Shown here: in pieces, positions 28,844 through 38,232 of the stretch
Layout of the letters: each line of letters opens with the position of its first letter
How positions within the stretch are numbered: position 1 is the first letter of the stretch
DNA from: Nitrososphaerota archaeon
GTDB taxonomy: Archaea > Thermoproteota > EX4484-205 > JAAOZP01
Direction: 5' to 3'
Assembly (NCBI GenBank): GCA_011605725.1
Contig: JAAOZP010000009.1
Coordinates: forward strand, 64,001-128,000
DNA length: 64,000 bases
Program-made: the position numbers and the translations under genes
The notes under the pieces: model-generated
The model's input: only the letters and a program-made list of their open reading frames with translations
What the model was told of the DNA's origin: nothing
Databases searched by the model: none

Positions 28844-30350
28844 AGTTTGGCCATAGCCTCTTCACCTCTACAGGCCAGTCTTCAGCGTTGAAACCGTGTC
28901 TAGCTAGGAAGGCGTAAACCCATCTTTCAAGACCATTGCCTGAGCAACCTGTCCAGACTTCTCTTCCTTTCCTCTCTTTAATGTTAAACCAATCAACATA
29001 CTTATCGTAGTGGACTGATGCGTTAGCTATTTCAAGCCACTCGCTTCCCCTGTATCCCCTGAACGGGAGATAGGCTTCAATATCGAAGGTTGCAACTATT
29101 TTTCTAGAAACATCCTCGACAACACCTGCGTGAGCCATCCAGACGGGAGTTACTTCCGCGGACCTGACCTCTATGTCAAGCGTCTTGTCAAGCAGGCTCA
29201 GATAGTTATCCACCAACCTATCCCTAATCTCAGCAACTTCTTCAGGTTTCCCCAGATAGACTATCTCTATCCGTGTGAAAGCCGTAAGCCTCTCCAGGCT
29301 TCTCAACCCCCCAGCTTCATGCCTGAAGCTGAACCCTGACCTGTCGTAGAGTCTGATAGGCGGATTGTCAAGGTTCACGGTTTCTCCGGCGAAAAGCTCG
29401 TAGAAAGGTTCGCACTGTGCGTAGGGAAGGGTGAACGCGGGCTCCTTCAAAAACTTTTGCAAGACTTCAGGCCTAGGCTCGTTGAAAACCTTCACTAAAT
29501 CGGTGTATTCTTCAAAGTAGGACAGCTCTCTGGATCCGGGTTCACAGACGTAAAGCATCTCGCTAGGGATCCCGGAGAGATGACCCTTCTTCCTCGCGAC
29601 TTCAAGTGGTATGAGCTTAGGTAGGACAACCTCTTGGAAGCCCAGTGGCTTAGCCACCTTCTCAATTATCATTTCCTCAAGTATTCTGAGAAGACTGGTG
29701 TAGGGTTGGAGATAGTACCATATGCCTGGGTGGAATCTTTTAACCCAGCCCTCCTCCTCCAGCAGCGGCCCCGGGTCCAAAGCGTACTTAACAGGCTTCG
29801 CAGGACTGCACCAGACAACTCTGTGAACCTCTCTACCTGTTACACGTTCCTCCTGCTTCTCCATGAAAAGACTTATAATCCTATCCGGAACCTGGGCATA
29901 GAGATCAGACTCGTTGAGTTCAAGCCAGTATTTCAAGCCTTCTTCCGTCTTCTCAACCTTTCTGGCGAACGGTAGCCTCACCTCCCTCAGGTTTTCACCT
30001 ATGAAAGTTACTTCGAAAAACTTGACGCTGATTCCTCTGACCCCCAGCCCCATTTTAGGCCCCAGTTCTTCACCCAGCGCTTTCCTAGCCCTTTTAACGG
30101 CTTCATGCGCTCTGACTCTTCTCCCAGACTCCACTGTGATGCTCAGCTTCTCCCTAGTGACGGTTAGCTCAACTATCTTAGGCTCCTCACCCTTAACCGC
30201 TCCCCGCGCGAATACTGTTGGAAAGCTTGAAACAGCATACTCTGCAACCTTTTCAAGCTCGTCTCCACGCAGCTCCCGACTCAAGTAAAGGTCTGCCGCC
30301 ACCCTCAGCCTTAAATCTTTGACCGCTGTCTGCTTCTCCTCCAATTTCAC
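28779..30350 (-). CDS. serS: seryl-tRNA synthetase, methanogen-type (type 2)
   Basis: SGRRVRAHEA N-domain, PKLIP, YAQCEPFY, FRHEAGG...LERL, RIEIVY, WTGCSGNGLERW. Confidence 0.92.
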   Translation of the reverse strand: MKLEEKQTAVKDLRLRVAADLYLSRELRGDELEKVAEYAVSSFPTVFARGAVKGEEPKIVELTVTREKLSITVESGRRVRAHEAVKRARKALGEELGPKMGLGVRGISVKFFEVTFIGENLREVRLPFARKVEKTEEGLKYWLELNESDLYAQVPDRIISLFMEKQEERVTGREVHRVVWCSPAKPVKYALDPGPLLEEEGWVKRFHPGIWYYLQPYTSLLRILEEMIIEKVAKPLGFQEVVLPKLIPLEVARKKGHLSGIPSEMLYVCEPGSRELSYFEEYTDLVKVFNEPRPEVLQKFLKEPAFTLPYAQCEPFYELFAGETVNLDNPPIRLYDRSGFSFRHEAGGLRSLERLTAFTRIEIVYLGKPEEVAEIRDRLVDNYLSLLDKTLDIEVRSAEVTPVWMAHAGVVEDVSRKIVATFDIEAYLPFRGYRGSEWLEIANASVHYDKYVDWFNIKERKGREVWTGCSGNGLERWVYAFLARHGFNAEDWPVEVKRLWPNFKPVTMDTWPPRALKKPPESS

Positions 30351-30468
30351 GACGACAATTCTGCTTAAAAATAGGTTTTTATAGGTTATGATGCTGGCAA
30401 AAACCACGTAGATACGGTGCTTCTTAAAGAGCATAGTTTAAATACGCTGTCCACAAGCCTCTTCCAGA

Positions 30469-31071
30469 TTGGTGAAGCAGAAAAAGGCTAAAAAATGGTT
30501 TCCAGTGGTTGCCCCGGATTACCTCGGGGGCAAGCCGTTATGCAGCGTCTTGGCTTCGGAGCCAAGCGGCCTAATAGGCAGGACTATAAGCGTTCTTCTA
30601 AGCGAGCTTACTGACGATCCTTCTCATACGACGGTTAAAATAAAGTTCAAAATCACTGGTGTAAAAGGGGAGACTGCTTTCACAGAACTATGGGGCTACG
30701 AGCTTGACAGGGATTTCGTGAGAAGTCTTCTTAGGAAAGGCTCTTCAAGGGTTGACATTATTTTCAACGCTAGCACGAAAGATGGTTACCGGATGCGTGT
30801 CTCAGCGATCGCCGTTACCCGTTACCGTGCTTCGCAATCTCAGAAGAAGAAGATGAGGAAAGCGATGATGAACATAGTGCTGGATAAGTGCAGTAGGCTG
30901 AACTATTCTCAACTGGTTCAGGAACTCGTCTTCGGAAAGATTGAGTCTGACCTTTATAATGAGGCTAAGAAGTTTCACAGGATAAAGCTCGCAGGCGTTA
31001 AGAAGATGAAGGTTCTCGAGTCGCCGCTTAAACTCGAAGAGGTTAAGGCAAGCCTGGCTGAGGCTGTTTAA
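30469..31071 (+). CDS. rps3ae: 30S ribosomal protein eS1/S3Ae
   Basis: KKWFPVVAP, LIGRTI, RSLLRKGSSRVD. Confidence 0.95.
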   Translation: MVKQKKAKKWFPVVAPDYLGGKPLCSVLASEPSGLIGRTISVLLSELTDDPSHTTVKIKFKITGVKGETAFTELWGYELDRDFVRSLLRKGSSRVDIIFNASTKDGYRMRVSAIAVTRYRASQSQKKKMRKAMMNIVLDKCSRLNYSQLVQELVFGKIESDLYNEAKKFHRIKLAGVKKMKVLESPLKLEEVKASLAEAV

Positions 31072-31072
31072 A

Positions 31073-31357
31073 ATGTCTGCAAGCCTAAGTGAGGAAGAGT
31101 TGATGAAGATAGCGGTGGAGGGATATTCTGAGAGCCTTGAGCCTAAGACTCTTAAAGGGTATGTTCCGAACGTTTTCGACTATATTAGGAGGTGCGACAG
31201 TGCGGAGGAGGCTTTCCAAATAATTGACTTTCTAGTCTCTAGGAAAGAGCTTTCTGAGAATGTTGCTCGCGTCATAAAAAGAAGGATAATGGAGAAAGGT
31301 GTCAGGTTCTACGGTCCTAAGAAGCAGATTGGCTACTACGTTGAAAAATATAGATAA
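31073..31357 (+). CDS. DUF2095-like conserved archaeal protein
   Basis: GYVPNVFDYIRRC...GVRFYGPKKQIGYY. Confidence 0.75.
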   Translation: MSASLSEEELMKIAVEGYSESLEPKTLKGYVPNVFDYIRRCDSAEEAFQIIDFLVSRKELSENVARVIKRRIMEKGVRFYGPKKQIGYYVEKYR

Positions 31358-31370
31358 AGATTTTAAATAG

Positions 31371-32582
31371 TTAGCTTTTCTGTCTGCCAATTGCCACGAT
31401 GCTCACGACATCATCATCCTTCAAAACATAATCCTCACTCAGCCTGATCTTACGCTTAGCGTCAATGGCGTAGAGAAAATTATTCATAAGGTCGCTGTGT
31501 ATGAGACCAGCAAACTCTCTAACACTCATCCCTGTTGGAACAAGGTAAACATCGGGAAGAACATTACCCTTCTTATCGGTGAGCTTGCTCGGATCCTCAA
31601 CAGGGTAGACAGTTATCATTTTAAGAGCCTTGAAATACACGCTGTTCAAAAGCTCCTGGACACCCGTTGAGCCCCAGGGCTTCAAAACCTTCTCCCTAAC
31701 CATTTCAAGAGCCTCTTTCTGCTTTTCTCTAAGAGCCTCAGGCCTAATAATCTTGAAGTCACTATCTCCAGGGAAATATTCTACAAGCCCTGCTTCAGCA
31801 GCTCTCCTGAGGACAAGCTCAGCCTCAGCGCTGATCGGAATAGGATCATAACCAGCCTTCCTAATCTGTCTAACCCCCTCCTCCGCACCCTTCCTGTCAA
31901 CCTTGTTCGCAGCTATAACCATCGGCTTAGCAATAATCCTGACGGTCCTAGCCAGCTCAACTATTGTCTCCCTGCTCCACTTTAAGAAATCGTCAGGCGG
32001 ATTAACTTTCTCAACGGCCTTCTCAACATCCCCCCTGCCTATAGCCAGGCCGCTTAAAACTTGGCTTAGAGCCTCTTCAACACTTCTCCTGTTTAGCCTC
32101 GCCTTAGAAAACTTCTGGAGGCCTCTTTCAATAATCCCGGCAAGCCAATGATCATACTCGTCCTCCAGAAACCTTATGTCCCTTATAGTGTTCTCAGGGT
32201 TCGGATCAGTCGGCCTACCCTCAGCATCCAGGCTTCCCGAGGCGTCGACAACATGTATCAAAGCATCCGCCATACTTATCTCAGAGAGAAACTGGTTGCC
32301 AAGACCCCTGCCTTCATGCGCACCTGGAACAATACCCGGAAGGTCAACGAGCTCAACCGGGATGAACCTGAAGCCGTTGACACATCTGGAATTCACAGGA
32401 TTATCAGTGACGCCAAGACTCTTGCAGACGCACTTCTTCCTCACGTAGCCAACACCCCTGTTGGGAGTCAAGGTGGTGAAAGGATAATCGGCAATCTTAA
32501 CAATATTCATGGTTAGAGCTGAGTATAAAGTTGATTTCCCAACGTTAGGCTTACCGGTTAGGCCAACCAGCCTCGTAACCAT
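31371..32582 (-). CDS. ychF: YchF/Obg-family ATPase with TGS domain
   Basis: GKPNVGKST, YPFTT, GRGLGNQFL, ANKVD. Confidence 0.93.
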   Translation of the reverse strand: MVTRLVGLTGKPNVGKSTLYSALTMNIVKIADYPFTTLTPNRGVGYVRKKCVCKSLGVTDNPVNSRCVNGFRFIPVELVDLPGIVPGAHEGRGLGNQFLSEISMADALIHVVDASGSLDAEGRPTDPNPENTIRDIRFLEDEYDHWLAGIIERGLQKFSKARLNRRSVEEALSQVLSGLAIGRGDVEKAVEKVNPPDDFLKWSRETIVELARTVRIIAKPMVIAANKVDRKGAEEGVRQIRKAGYDPIPISAEAELVLRRAAEAGLVEYFPGDSDFKIIRPEALREKQKEALEMVREKVLKPWGSTGVQELLNSVYFKALKMITVYPVEDPSKLTDKKGNVLPDVYLVPTGMSVREFAGLIHSDLMNNFLYAIDAKRKIRLSEDYVLKDDDVVSIVAIGRQKS

Positions 32583-32762
32583 TGTGAGTAACCACTACGC
32601 CACTGGGATTTAAACAGTATTCTCCACCCTCTCTTTTGAATACTAGAAACATGGCTAGCGTGCTGAGCGAACGATCCTGAGGATTATTCTTCTCCTCGCC
32701 GGCGGGAGCCATAATAATCCGTTCCTCCACGCTTTTAAATAGGGTTGTTTCCAGAAACATAC

Positions 32763-32912
32763 GGGTGGCGTAGCCGACTGAATAGCTTATATACAGGTGG
32801 GTTGGGTGAGATAGCTGCGCTATGCCGAGTCTAAGGTGCGGAACGCTGGTGGTCGACGATAGTCTAGCCCAGGGGTTTGAGTTATACTCGTCTCCCTGCG
32901 GCACATGCTTTT
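32763..32912 (+). ncRNA. candidate structured RNA or long 5' leader of rpl15e
   Basis: TATA-like TTTTAAAT 32733-32740; several G-U-containing helices by eye; ACA-NNN-TTTT at the 3' end. Confidence 0.3.
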
Positions 32913-32931
32913 CTAAGGGTGGTGACGCGGC

Positions 32932-33387
32932 TTGAAGAGGATTAGGCTTTCAAAGGAGTCTGAAAGCCTTCTACTGGCTTCTGTTGAAGAGGTCCGTAGG
33001 AAGAGGCTGATAGAGTGGAGGCGTCAGCCGGCTGTAATCAGGGTTGAGAACCCTACTGACGTGAATGCTGCGAGAAGGCTTGGCTACAGGGCTAAGCCTG
33101 GCTTCATAATAGTCAGGTCGAGGGTTAGGAAGGGTGGTAGGAGGAAGCCTAGGCCAAGGTCAGGGAGGAGGCCTAAGCACCTGGGGGTCGTCCTGTTTAA
33201 ACCCGGTAAGAGTAGGCAGAAGATGGCTGAGGAGAGGGCTGCCCGTAAATATCCTAACATGAGGGTTCTGGGCTCCTACTGGGTTGGGGAGGACGGGGTC
33301 TACAAGTGGTTTGAAGTCGTGATGGTGGATCCCAATCATCCGGCTGTCGCCGGCGACCCGAGGTTGAAATGGCTTAGGAAAGATTAA
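32932..33387 (+). CDS. rpl15e: 50S ribosomal protein eL15 (short C-terminus)
   Basis: [37 protein letters not shown]. Confidence 0.96.
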   Translation: MKRIRLSKESESLLLASVEEVRRKRLIEWRRQPAVIRVENPTDVNAARRLGYRAKPGFIIVRSRVRKGGRRKPRPRSGRRPKHLGVVLFKPGKSRQKMAEERAARKYPNMRVLGSYWVGEDGVYKWFEVVMVDPNHPAVAGDPRLKWLRKD

Positions 33388-33389
33388 CC

Positions 33390-34955
33390 TTGGAGGACAG
33401 TAAGATCCTTATTTTCGACACGACTCTCAGGGATGGTAACCAGGCTGTTGGCATAAACTTTTCGCTTGAGGACAAGATTAAGATTGCTCTAAAGCTTGAC
33501 GACCTTGGGGTGAACTATATTGAGGGTGGATGGCCTAACGAGACTAACCCGGTTGACGTTTCTTTCTTCAAGCAGATACTGAAATACAGGCTGAGGGCTA
33601 GGGTTTCAACATTCGGAAGGACTCGTAAGCCATGGGTCAGGGTTGAGGAGGATCCTGATTTAAAATACCTCATTCAGCCCAATATTCCTACTGCAACGAT
33701 TTTCGGAAAATCTTGGATCCTACACGTTAAGGATGTTTTGAACACGACGCTCGAAGAAAACTTAAGCATGATTTACGATAGTGTTAAGTATTTGAAGGAA
33801 TCTGGTAGAGAAGTAGTTTTCGATGCTGAGCATTTCTTCGACGGCTACAGGGATAATCCGGACTATGCCCTAGAGGTTTTAAAGACTGCTGAGAAAGCAG
33901 GCGCGTCCTTCCTAGTTTTAGCTGACACACGAGGGGCCTCAGACCCTTTAGAGGTTTATGAAGTTGTCAGGAAGATTAAAGAGGTTTTTGAAACCCCATT
34001 GGGTATTCACGCTCACAACGATACCGGTATGGCTGTTGCTAACACTATTGCTGCTGTTAAGGCTGGAGCCACGATGGTGCAGGGAACGATAAACGGAATA
34101 GGGGAGAGATGTGGTAACGCTGATCTTGTTCAAGTCATAGGAGTACTGGCTGTGAAGTTCAACTATAAGATGGACGTTAACCTGAGAATGCTCTCCATGG
34201 TTTCACGGTATCTGCGCGACATTGCTTCGCTAGAGGAGAACCCTAGACAACCTTTTGTAGGAAAGTATGCTTTCTCCCATAAGGGGGGTGTGCACGGCGA
34301 CGCTGTGTTGAAGAATAGGGAGGCGTACGAGTTTACTGATCCAGCTATCTTCGGCAGCACAAGCGCCATAGTCGTCTCCTCACAGTCGGGTACTGCAAAC
34401 CTTGCGGCAAAAGCTTGTGAAATGGGTTTTGAAGTAGACAGGAGGGATCCAAGGATCATGGAGGCCCTGAAAAAGATTAAGGATCTGGAGTCGAAAGGAT
34501 ATGTTTTCGAGGATGCTGACGGAAGCCTTTTCCTGCTTCTCCATGAGGCTCTTCACGGTCCTACGCAGCTTTTCGAGCTTGAACACTGGACCTCTATTGT
34601 AACATGGCTTGGAGACAGGCAGATTGTTGAATGCGTTGTTAAAGTGAGGGTCGGCGGGGTCAGCATGTCTGCTTCAGCAGAGGGAAACGGGCCTGTGAAT
34701 GCTTTCGACAGTGCTTTGAAAAAGGCTCTAAGCCCCATATATCCTGGAATCGCCTACGTCTCCCTGACGGGTTTCAGGGTTAGGGAGATAGACGCCCCAT
34801 CCGGAACCGCGGCCTCGGTGAGAATACTTGCTGAGTTTGAATCCAACGGCAGCAGGTGGACGACGATAGGTGTTTCAACAAACATTTTGAAGGCTGCTGA
34901 GGAGGCTCTTGTAACAGGCTACAAGTATTTCCTTCTGAAGCATAATAAAAAGTGA
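33390..34955 (+). CDS. cimA: citramalate synthase (DRE-TIM, LeuA/CimA family)
   Basis: DTTLRDGNQ, EGGWP, FDAEHFFDG, HAHND, HKGGVH, GNGPVNA. Confidence 0.85.
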   Translation: MEDSKILIFDTTLRDGNQAVGINFSLEDKIKIALKLDDLGVNYIEGGWPNETNPVDVSFFKQILKYRLRARVSTFGRTRKPWVRVEEDPDLKYLIQPNIPTATIFGKSWILHVKDVLNTTLEENLSMIYDSVKYLKESGREVVFDAEHFFDGYRDNPDYALEVLKTAEKAGASFLVLADTRGASDPLEVYEVVRKIKEVFETPLGIHAHNDTGMAVANTIAAVKAGATMVQGTINGIGERCGNADLVQVIGVLAVKFNYKMDVNLRMLSMVSRYLRDIASLEENPRQPFVGKYAFSHKGGVHGDAVLKNREAYEFTDPAIFGSTSAIVVSSQSGTANLAAKACEMGFEVDRRDPRIMEALKKIKDLESKGYVFEDADGSLFLLLHEALHGPTQLFELEHWTSIVTWLGDRQIVECVVKVRVGGVSMSASAEGNGPVNAFDSALKKALSPIYPGIAYVSLTGFRVREIDAPSGTAASVRILAEFESNGSRWTTIGVSTNILKAAEEALVTGYKYFLLKHNKK

Positions 34956-35175
34956 TGCTTTGCTTAACCAATATTTACCATCTTTAGAATCAGCATGGAA
35001 TTATAAACGGCAGTAATAGGCAGCAAGCCTCGTAAGTAAAATTTTTAAACAGCCCGACCCGTGCGGCTCTATGCTTAAATTCCAGAAACCAGTTGAAAAA
35101 CCTCCTGAAGTCCTTGAGATTTCAGGAGGAAGCTTTTCCAGCATGTTTCAATATTATTAAAAACCCTAGGAGGTT

Positions 35176-36405
35176 TTGGAGAAAATGGGTTGCAACGGAA
35201 TTTTCGTTGTCAAGTTTGGGGGTGCTGCTCTCTCGACGAAGGAGAGGGTTGAGCATGCTGCTGAGCTGGTCGCCCAAGAGGTTAAGGGGGGGAATAAGGT
35301 TGTGGTTGTCGTTTCAGCAATGGGTTCAACCACAGACACTCTCCTCCAGCTTTTCAAGGATGCTGGAGACCCCCGGTTCATGGATGAGGTTTTATCAATG
35401 GGTGAAAGGACGAGCGCCAGGGTTTTCTCAACCATCCTTCGCCAGAAGGGTGTTAAAACCACTTTTCTAGACCCGTCTCAAGACGATTGGCCCATTCTGA
35501 CGGACAGCAACTATGGTAATGCAAGAATAATCGTCCAAGAGTCTTGCAGGAGAATCAAACAGGTTGTAGGGGGTCTGCTGGAGGAGTTCGACGTTGTTGT
35601 TGTGCCTGGCTTCGTAGGCAAGGATCCTGCTGGAAATGTTACGACGCTCGGCAGGGGTGGGAGTGACTCTACTGCCTTCATACTTGCCTCAGCCCTAAAC
35701 CCTAAGGACACTATTCTGGTTACAAGCGTCTCCGGAATAATGTCTGCTGATCCTCGTTTAGTGAAGTCTGCCAAGAGGCTTGAGGAGCTTACGACAGAGG
35801 AGCTCGCAGCCTTGGCTGACGTCGGGGTCAAGTTCATACACAAGTCATCCTTAAAGTATATTCCGCCATCGCTTAAAGTCAGGGTTATAAGCTATGATTC
35901 TAAAAGTTTAAGCGGCGGCGGCACGCTTATACTTGCCTCAACCTCCCCGTTAAGCATGGAGATTATTAACAGTAGTGTGTCTGCAGTCATGTTCGTCGGA
36001 AGAAGCATTAAGGCTGTTAGCAGAGCAATGGATGTTCTGAAGAATGTTAACACGGGTGAGCCTAGGCTCCTCGGCATTGTTTCCAACAACAAGGAGGTAC
36101 TCGCATATTTCTCAGGCGGTCTTCAGGACGAGGCTGTTCAAAGAATGCATGACGAGTTCCTGTTGGAGAAGGATGCTGTCGGCCTCGCGGTGAGGCAGGG
36201 TCTGCGTGGAATAATCATCAGGGGGACGGATCTGCATGAGACTCCCGGCGTCCTATACAGGATTTCTGCCCCCATGGCTAAGGAGGGCATAAACATACAT
36301 GGCATTCTTACACTCGGCTCCTACTTTATAGTGCTTATTCCTGAGGAGCATGTGGAGAAGGCTTTTAAGCTTCTTGAGGAGGCTTTCAGGATTGAGGAGG
36401 ACTAG
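35176..36405 (+). CDS. lysC: aspartokinase
   Basis: VVKFGG, VVSAMG, TTLGRGGSDSTA, GIMSADP. Confidence 0.93.
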   Translation: MEKMGCNGIFVVKFGGAALSTKERVEHAAELVAQEVKGGNKVVVVVSAMGSTTDTLLQLFKDAGDPRFMDEVLSMGERTSARVFSTILRQKGVKTTFLDPSQDDWPILTDSNYGNARIIVQESCRRIKQVVGGLLEEFDVVVVPGFVGKDPAGNVTTLGRGGSDSTAFILASALNPKDTILVTSVSGIMSADPRLVKSAKRLEELTTEELAALADVGVKFIHKSSLKYIPPSLKVRVISYDSKSLSGGGTLILASTSPLSMEIINSSVSAVMFVGRSIKAVSRAMDVLKNVNTGEPRLLGIVSNNKEVLAYFSGGLQDEAVQRMHDEFLLEKDAVGLAVRQGLRGIIIRGTDLHETPGVLYRISAPMAKEGINIHGILTLGSYFIVLIPEEHVEKAFKLLEEAFRIEED

Positions 36406-37432
36406 TGTAGCTGTCCTCGGAGCCACGGGCCTAGTTGGCCAAAGGTTCGTAAAGCTTCTCTCCAACCACCCGTTTTTCGAACTAAAGGTTTTAACGGCTT
36501 CAGAAAGGTCTGCCGGAAAGAAGTATAGGGAGGCTGTGCACTGGCTCCTAGGAGGCGACCCGCCTGAACCCACTTCGGAAATGATTGTTCAAGAAACCAG
36601 GGTCGAAGTGTTGAACGATGTTGAGCTTGTGTTTTCAAGCCTGCCGAGTGAAGCCGCTTTTAAATTGGAGCCTATGCTTGCAGAGCAGGGTTTTAAAATC
36701 ATCTCCACCGCGAGTGCATTCAGAATGGATCCGCTAGTGCCAATGATAATCCCAGAGGTTAATCCTAGCCACGTAAGCATGATAGAGAGGCAGCGTGAGG
36801 AGAAGCGGTGGAAAGGGTTCCTCGTCACTAAGTCAAACTGCACAACGATGCCTCTAGTAATATCGTTGAAACCAATTCTAGACGCGTTCGGCTTGAAAAG
36901 AGTTGTAACCGTTTCGCTGCAAGCCTTGAGCGGAGCAGGCTACCCGGGTGTTCAATCGCTAGACATCATTGACAACGTAATACCCTTCATAAAGGGTGAG
37001 GAGGAAAAACTTCAGTCTGAAACAGTTAAGATACTGGGTGAACCAGGCAGGCCGCTTAACATACCGGTTTTAGCAAGCGTGAACAGGGTTCCGACTCTAG
37101 ATGGCCATCTGCTACACGTATTCGCTGAACTCGAGCATGATTTTGAAACCGAGGATGTTAAGAGGGTTTTAAGAGAGTTTAAACCTTTGCCGCAGAGAAT
37201 GGGGCTATACTCGGCGCCAGACCCAGTTATACAGGTTAGGGAGGAGGAGGACAGGCCCCAGCCTAGGCTTGACAGGGATTACAAGGGTGGGATGGGGGTT
37301 GTCGTGGGGAGAGTTGGGAAATGCGACTCTTCAACAGTTAAGTATACTGTTCTCTCGCATAATACTGTGAGGGGTGCTGCAGGAGGATCAATACTTGTGG
37401 CAGAGCTCCTTAGGGAGATGAGGCTTATTTGA
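36392..37432 (+). CDS. asd: aspartate-semialdehyde dehydrogenase
   Basis: LGATGLVGQ, SNCTT, QALSGAG, SHNTVRGAAG. Confidence 0.96.
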   Translation: MRRTSVAVLGATGLVGQRFVKLLSNHPFFELKVLTASERSAGKKYREAVHWLLGGDPPEPTSEMIVQETRVEVLNDVELVFSSLPSEAAFKLEPMLAEQGFKIISTASAFRMDPLVPMIIPEVNPSHVSMIERQREEKRWKGFLVTKSNCTTMPLVISLKPILDAFGLKRVVTVSLQALSGAGYPGVQSLDIIDNVIPFIKGEEEKLQSETVKILGEPGRPLNIPVLASVNRVPTLDGHLLHVFAELEHDFETEDVKRVLREFKPLPQRMGLYSAPDPVIQVREEEDRPQPRLDRDYKGGMGVVVGRVGKCDSSTVKYTVLSHNTVRGAAGGSILVAELLREMRLI

Positions 37433-38232
37433 GCATGCTGGATGTTCAGGAGCCAGGTAAAAGGAGGAGGCTTAGGCGGATTTTCAAGGATGATGGGAGA
37501 AGCGTCATAGTGCCGATGGATCACGGCGTCTCAATAGGGCCTGTGAAAGGCTTGGAGAACATGGCGCAGCTGGTTTATGAGCTTGCTAAGGGTGGTGTTG
37601 ACGCGATAGTTATCCACAAGGGTTGGGCTAGGATGATTGACACAGCTGGGCTTGGCCTCATTGTACACGGCTCAGCCGGGACAGACTTGAGTTCAGACAG
37701 GCTTAGAAAGACCCGTTGCGCAACGCCTCTCGAAGCACTTTCACTCGGTGCAGACGGCTTCTCGCTGCATGTTAACGTTGGCTCTGAAACAGACTTTGAA
37801 CAACTGGCTTTCCTGGCTGAGTCCGCAAGAGTCTGCAGGATTCTAGGCATGCCTCTTCTGGCGATGATGTACCCGAGGGGTCCGAAGATTACTGACGAGC
37901 ATTCTCTAAAGGAGGTTGCTCACGCTGCGAGGATAGGAGTGGAGCTTGGTGCTGACGTTGTTAAGACTAACTACACAGGCTCACCTGAGTCGTTCAGAAT
38001 CGTTGTAGAGTCTACGCGCATACCGGTGGTTATAGCTGGCGGCCCAAAAACCTATTCGACAAGAGATTTCCTCAAGATGGTTAGCGATGCTATTTCAGCT
38101 GGCGCCGCAGGCGTCTCGATAGGCAGGAATGTTTTTCAACACGAGAATCCGAGAAAGATGGCTGAGGCTCTGAAGGCGATTGTTCATGAAAATGCTTCAG
38201 TCGGGTACGCGCTGGAGGTTGCTGAGTCTTGA
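37429..38232 (+). CDS. 2-amino-3,7-dideoxy-D-threo-hept-6-ulosonate synthase (AroA', MJ0400 family)
   Basis: IVPMDHGVSIGP, AMMYPRG, ELGADVVKT, IAGGPK; adjacent to DHQ synthase II. Confidence 0.9.
   Translation: MSMLDVQEPGKRRRLRRIFKDDGRSVIVPMDHGVSIGPVKGLENMAQLVYELAKGGVDAIVIHKGWARMIDTAGLGLIVHGSAGTDLSSDRLRKTRCATPLEALSLGADGFSLHVNVGSETDFEQLAFLAESARVCRILGMPLLAMMYPRGPKITDEHSLKEVAHAARIGVELGADVVKTNYTGSPESFRIVVESTRIPVVIAGGPKTYSTRDFLKMVSDAISAGAAGVSIGRNVFQHENPRKMAEALKAIVHENASVGYALEVAES

Noticed and set aside
32763-32780. GGTGGCGTAGCCGA looks like a tRNA 5' end
   Set aside because: No complementary 3' acceptor strand or canonical T-loop downstream; kept only as part of a generic structured RNA candidate.
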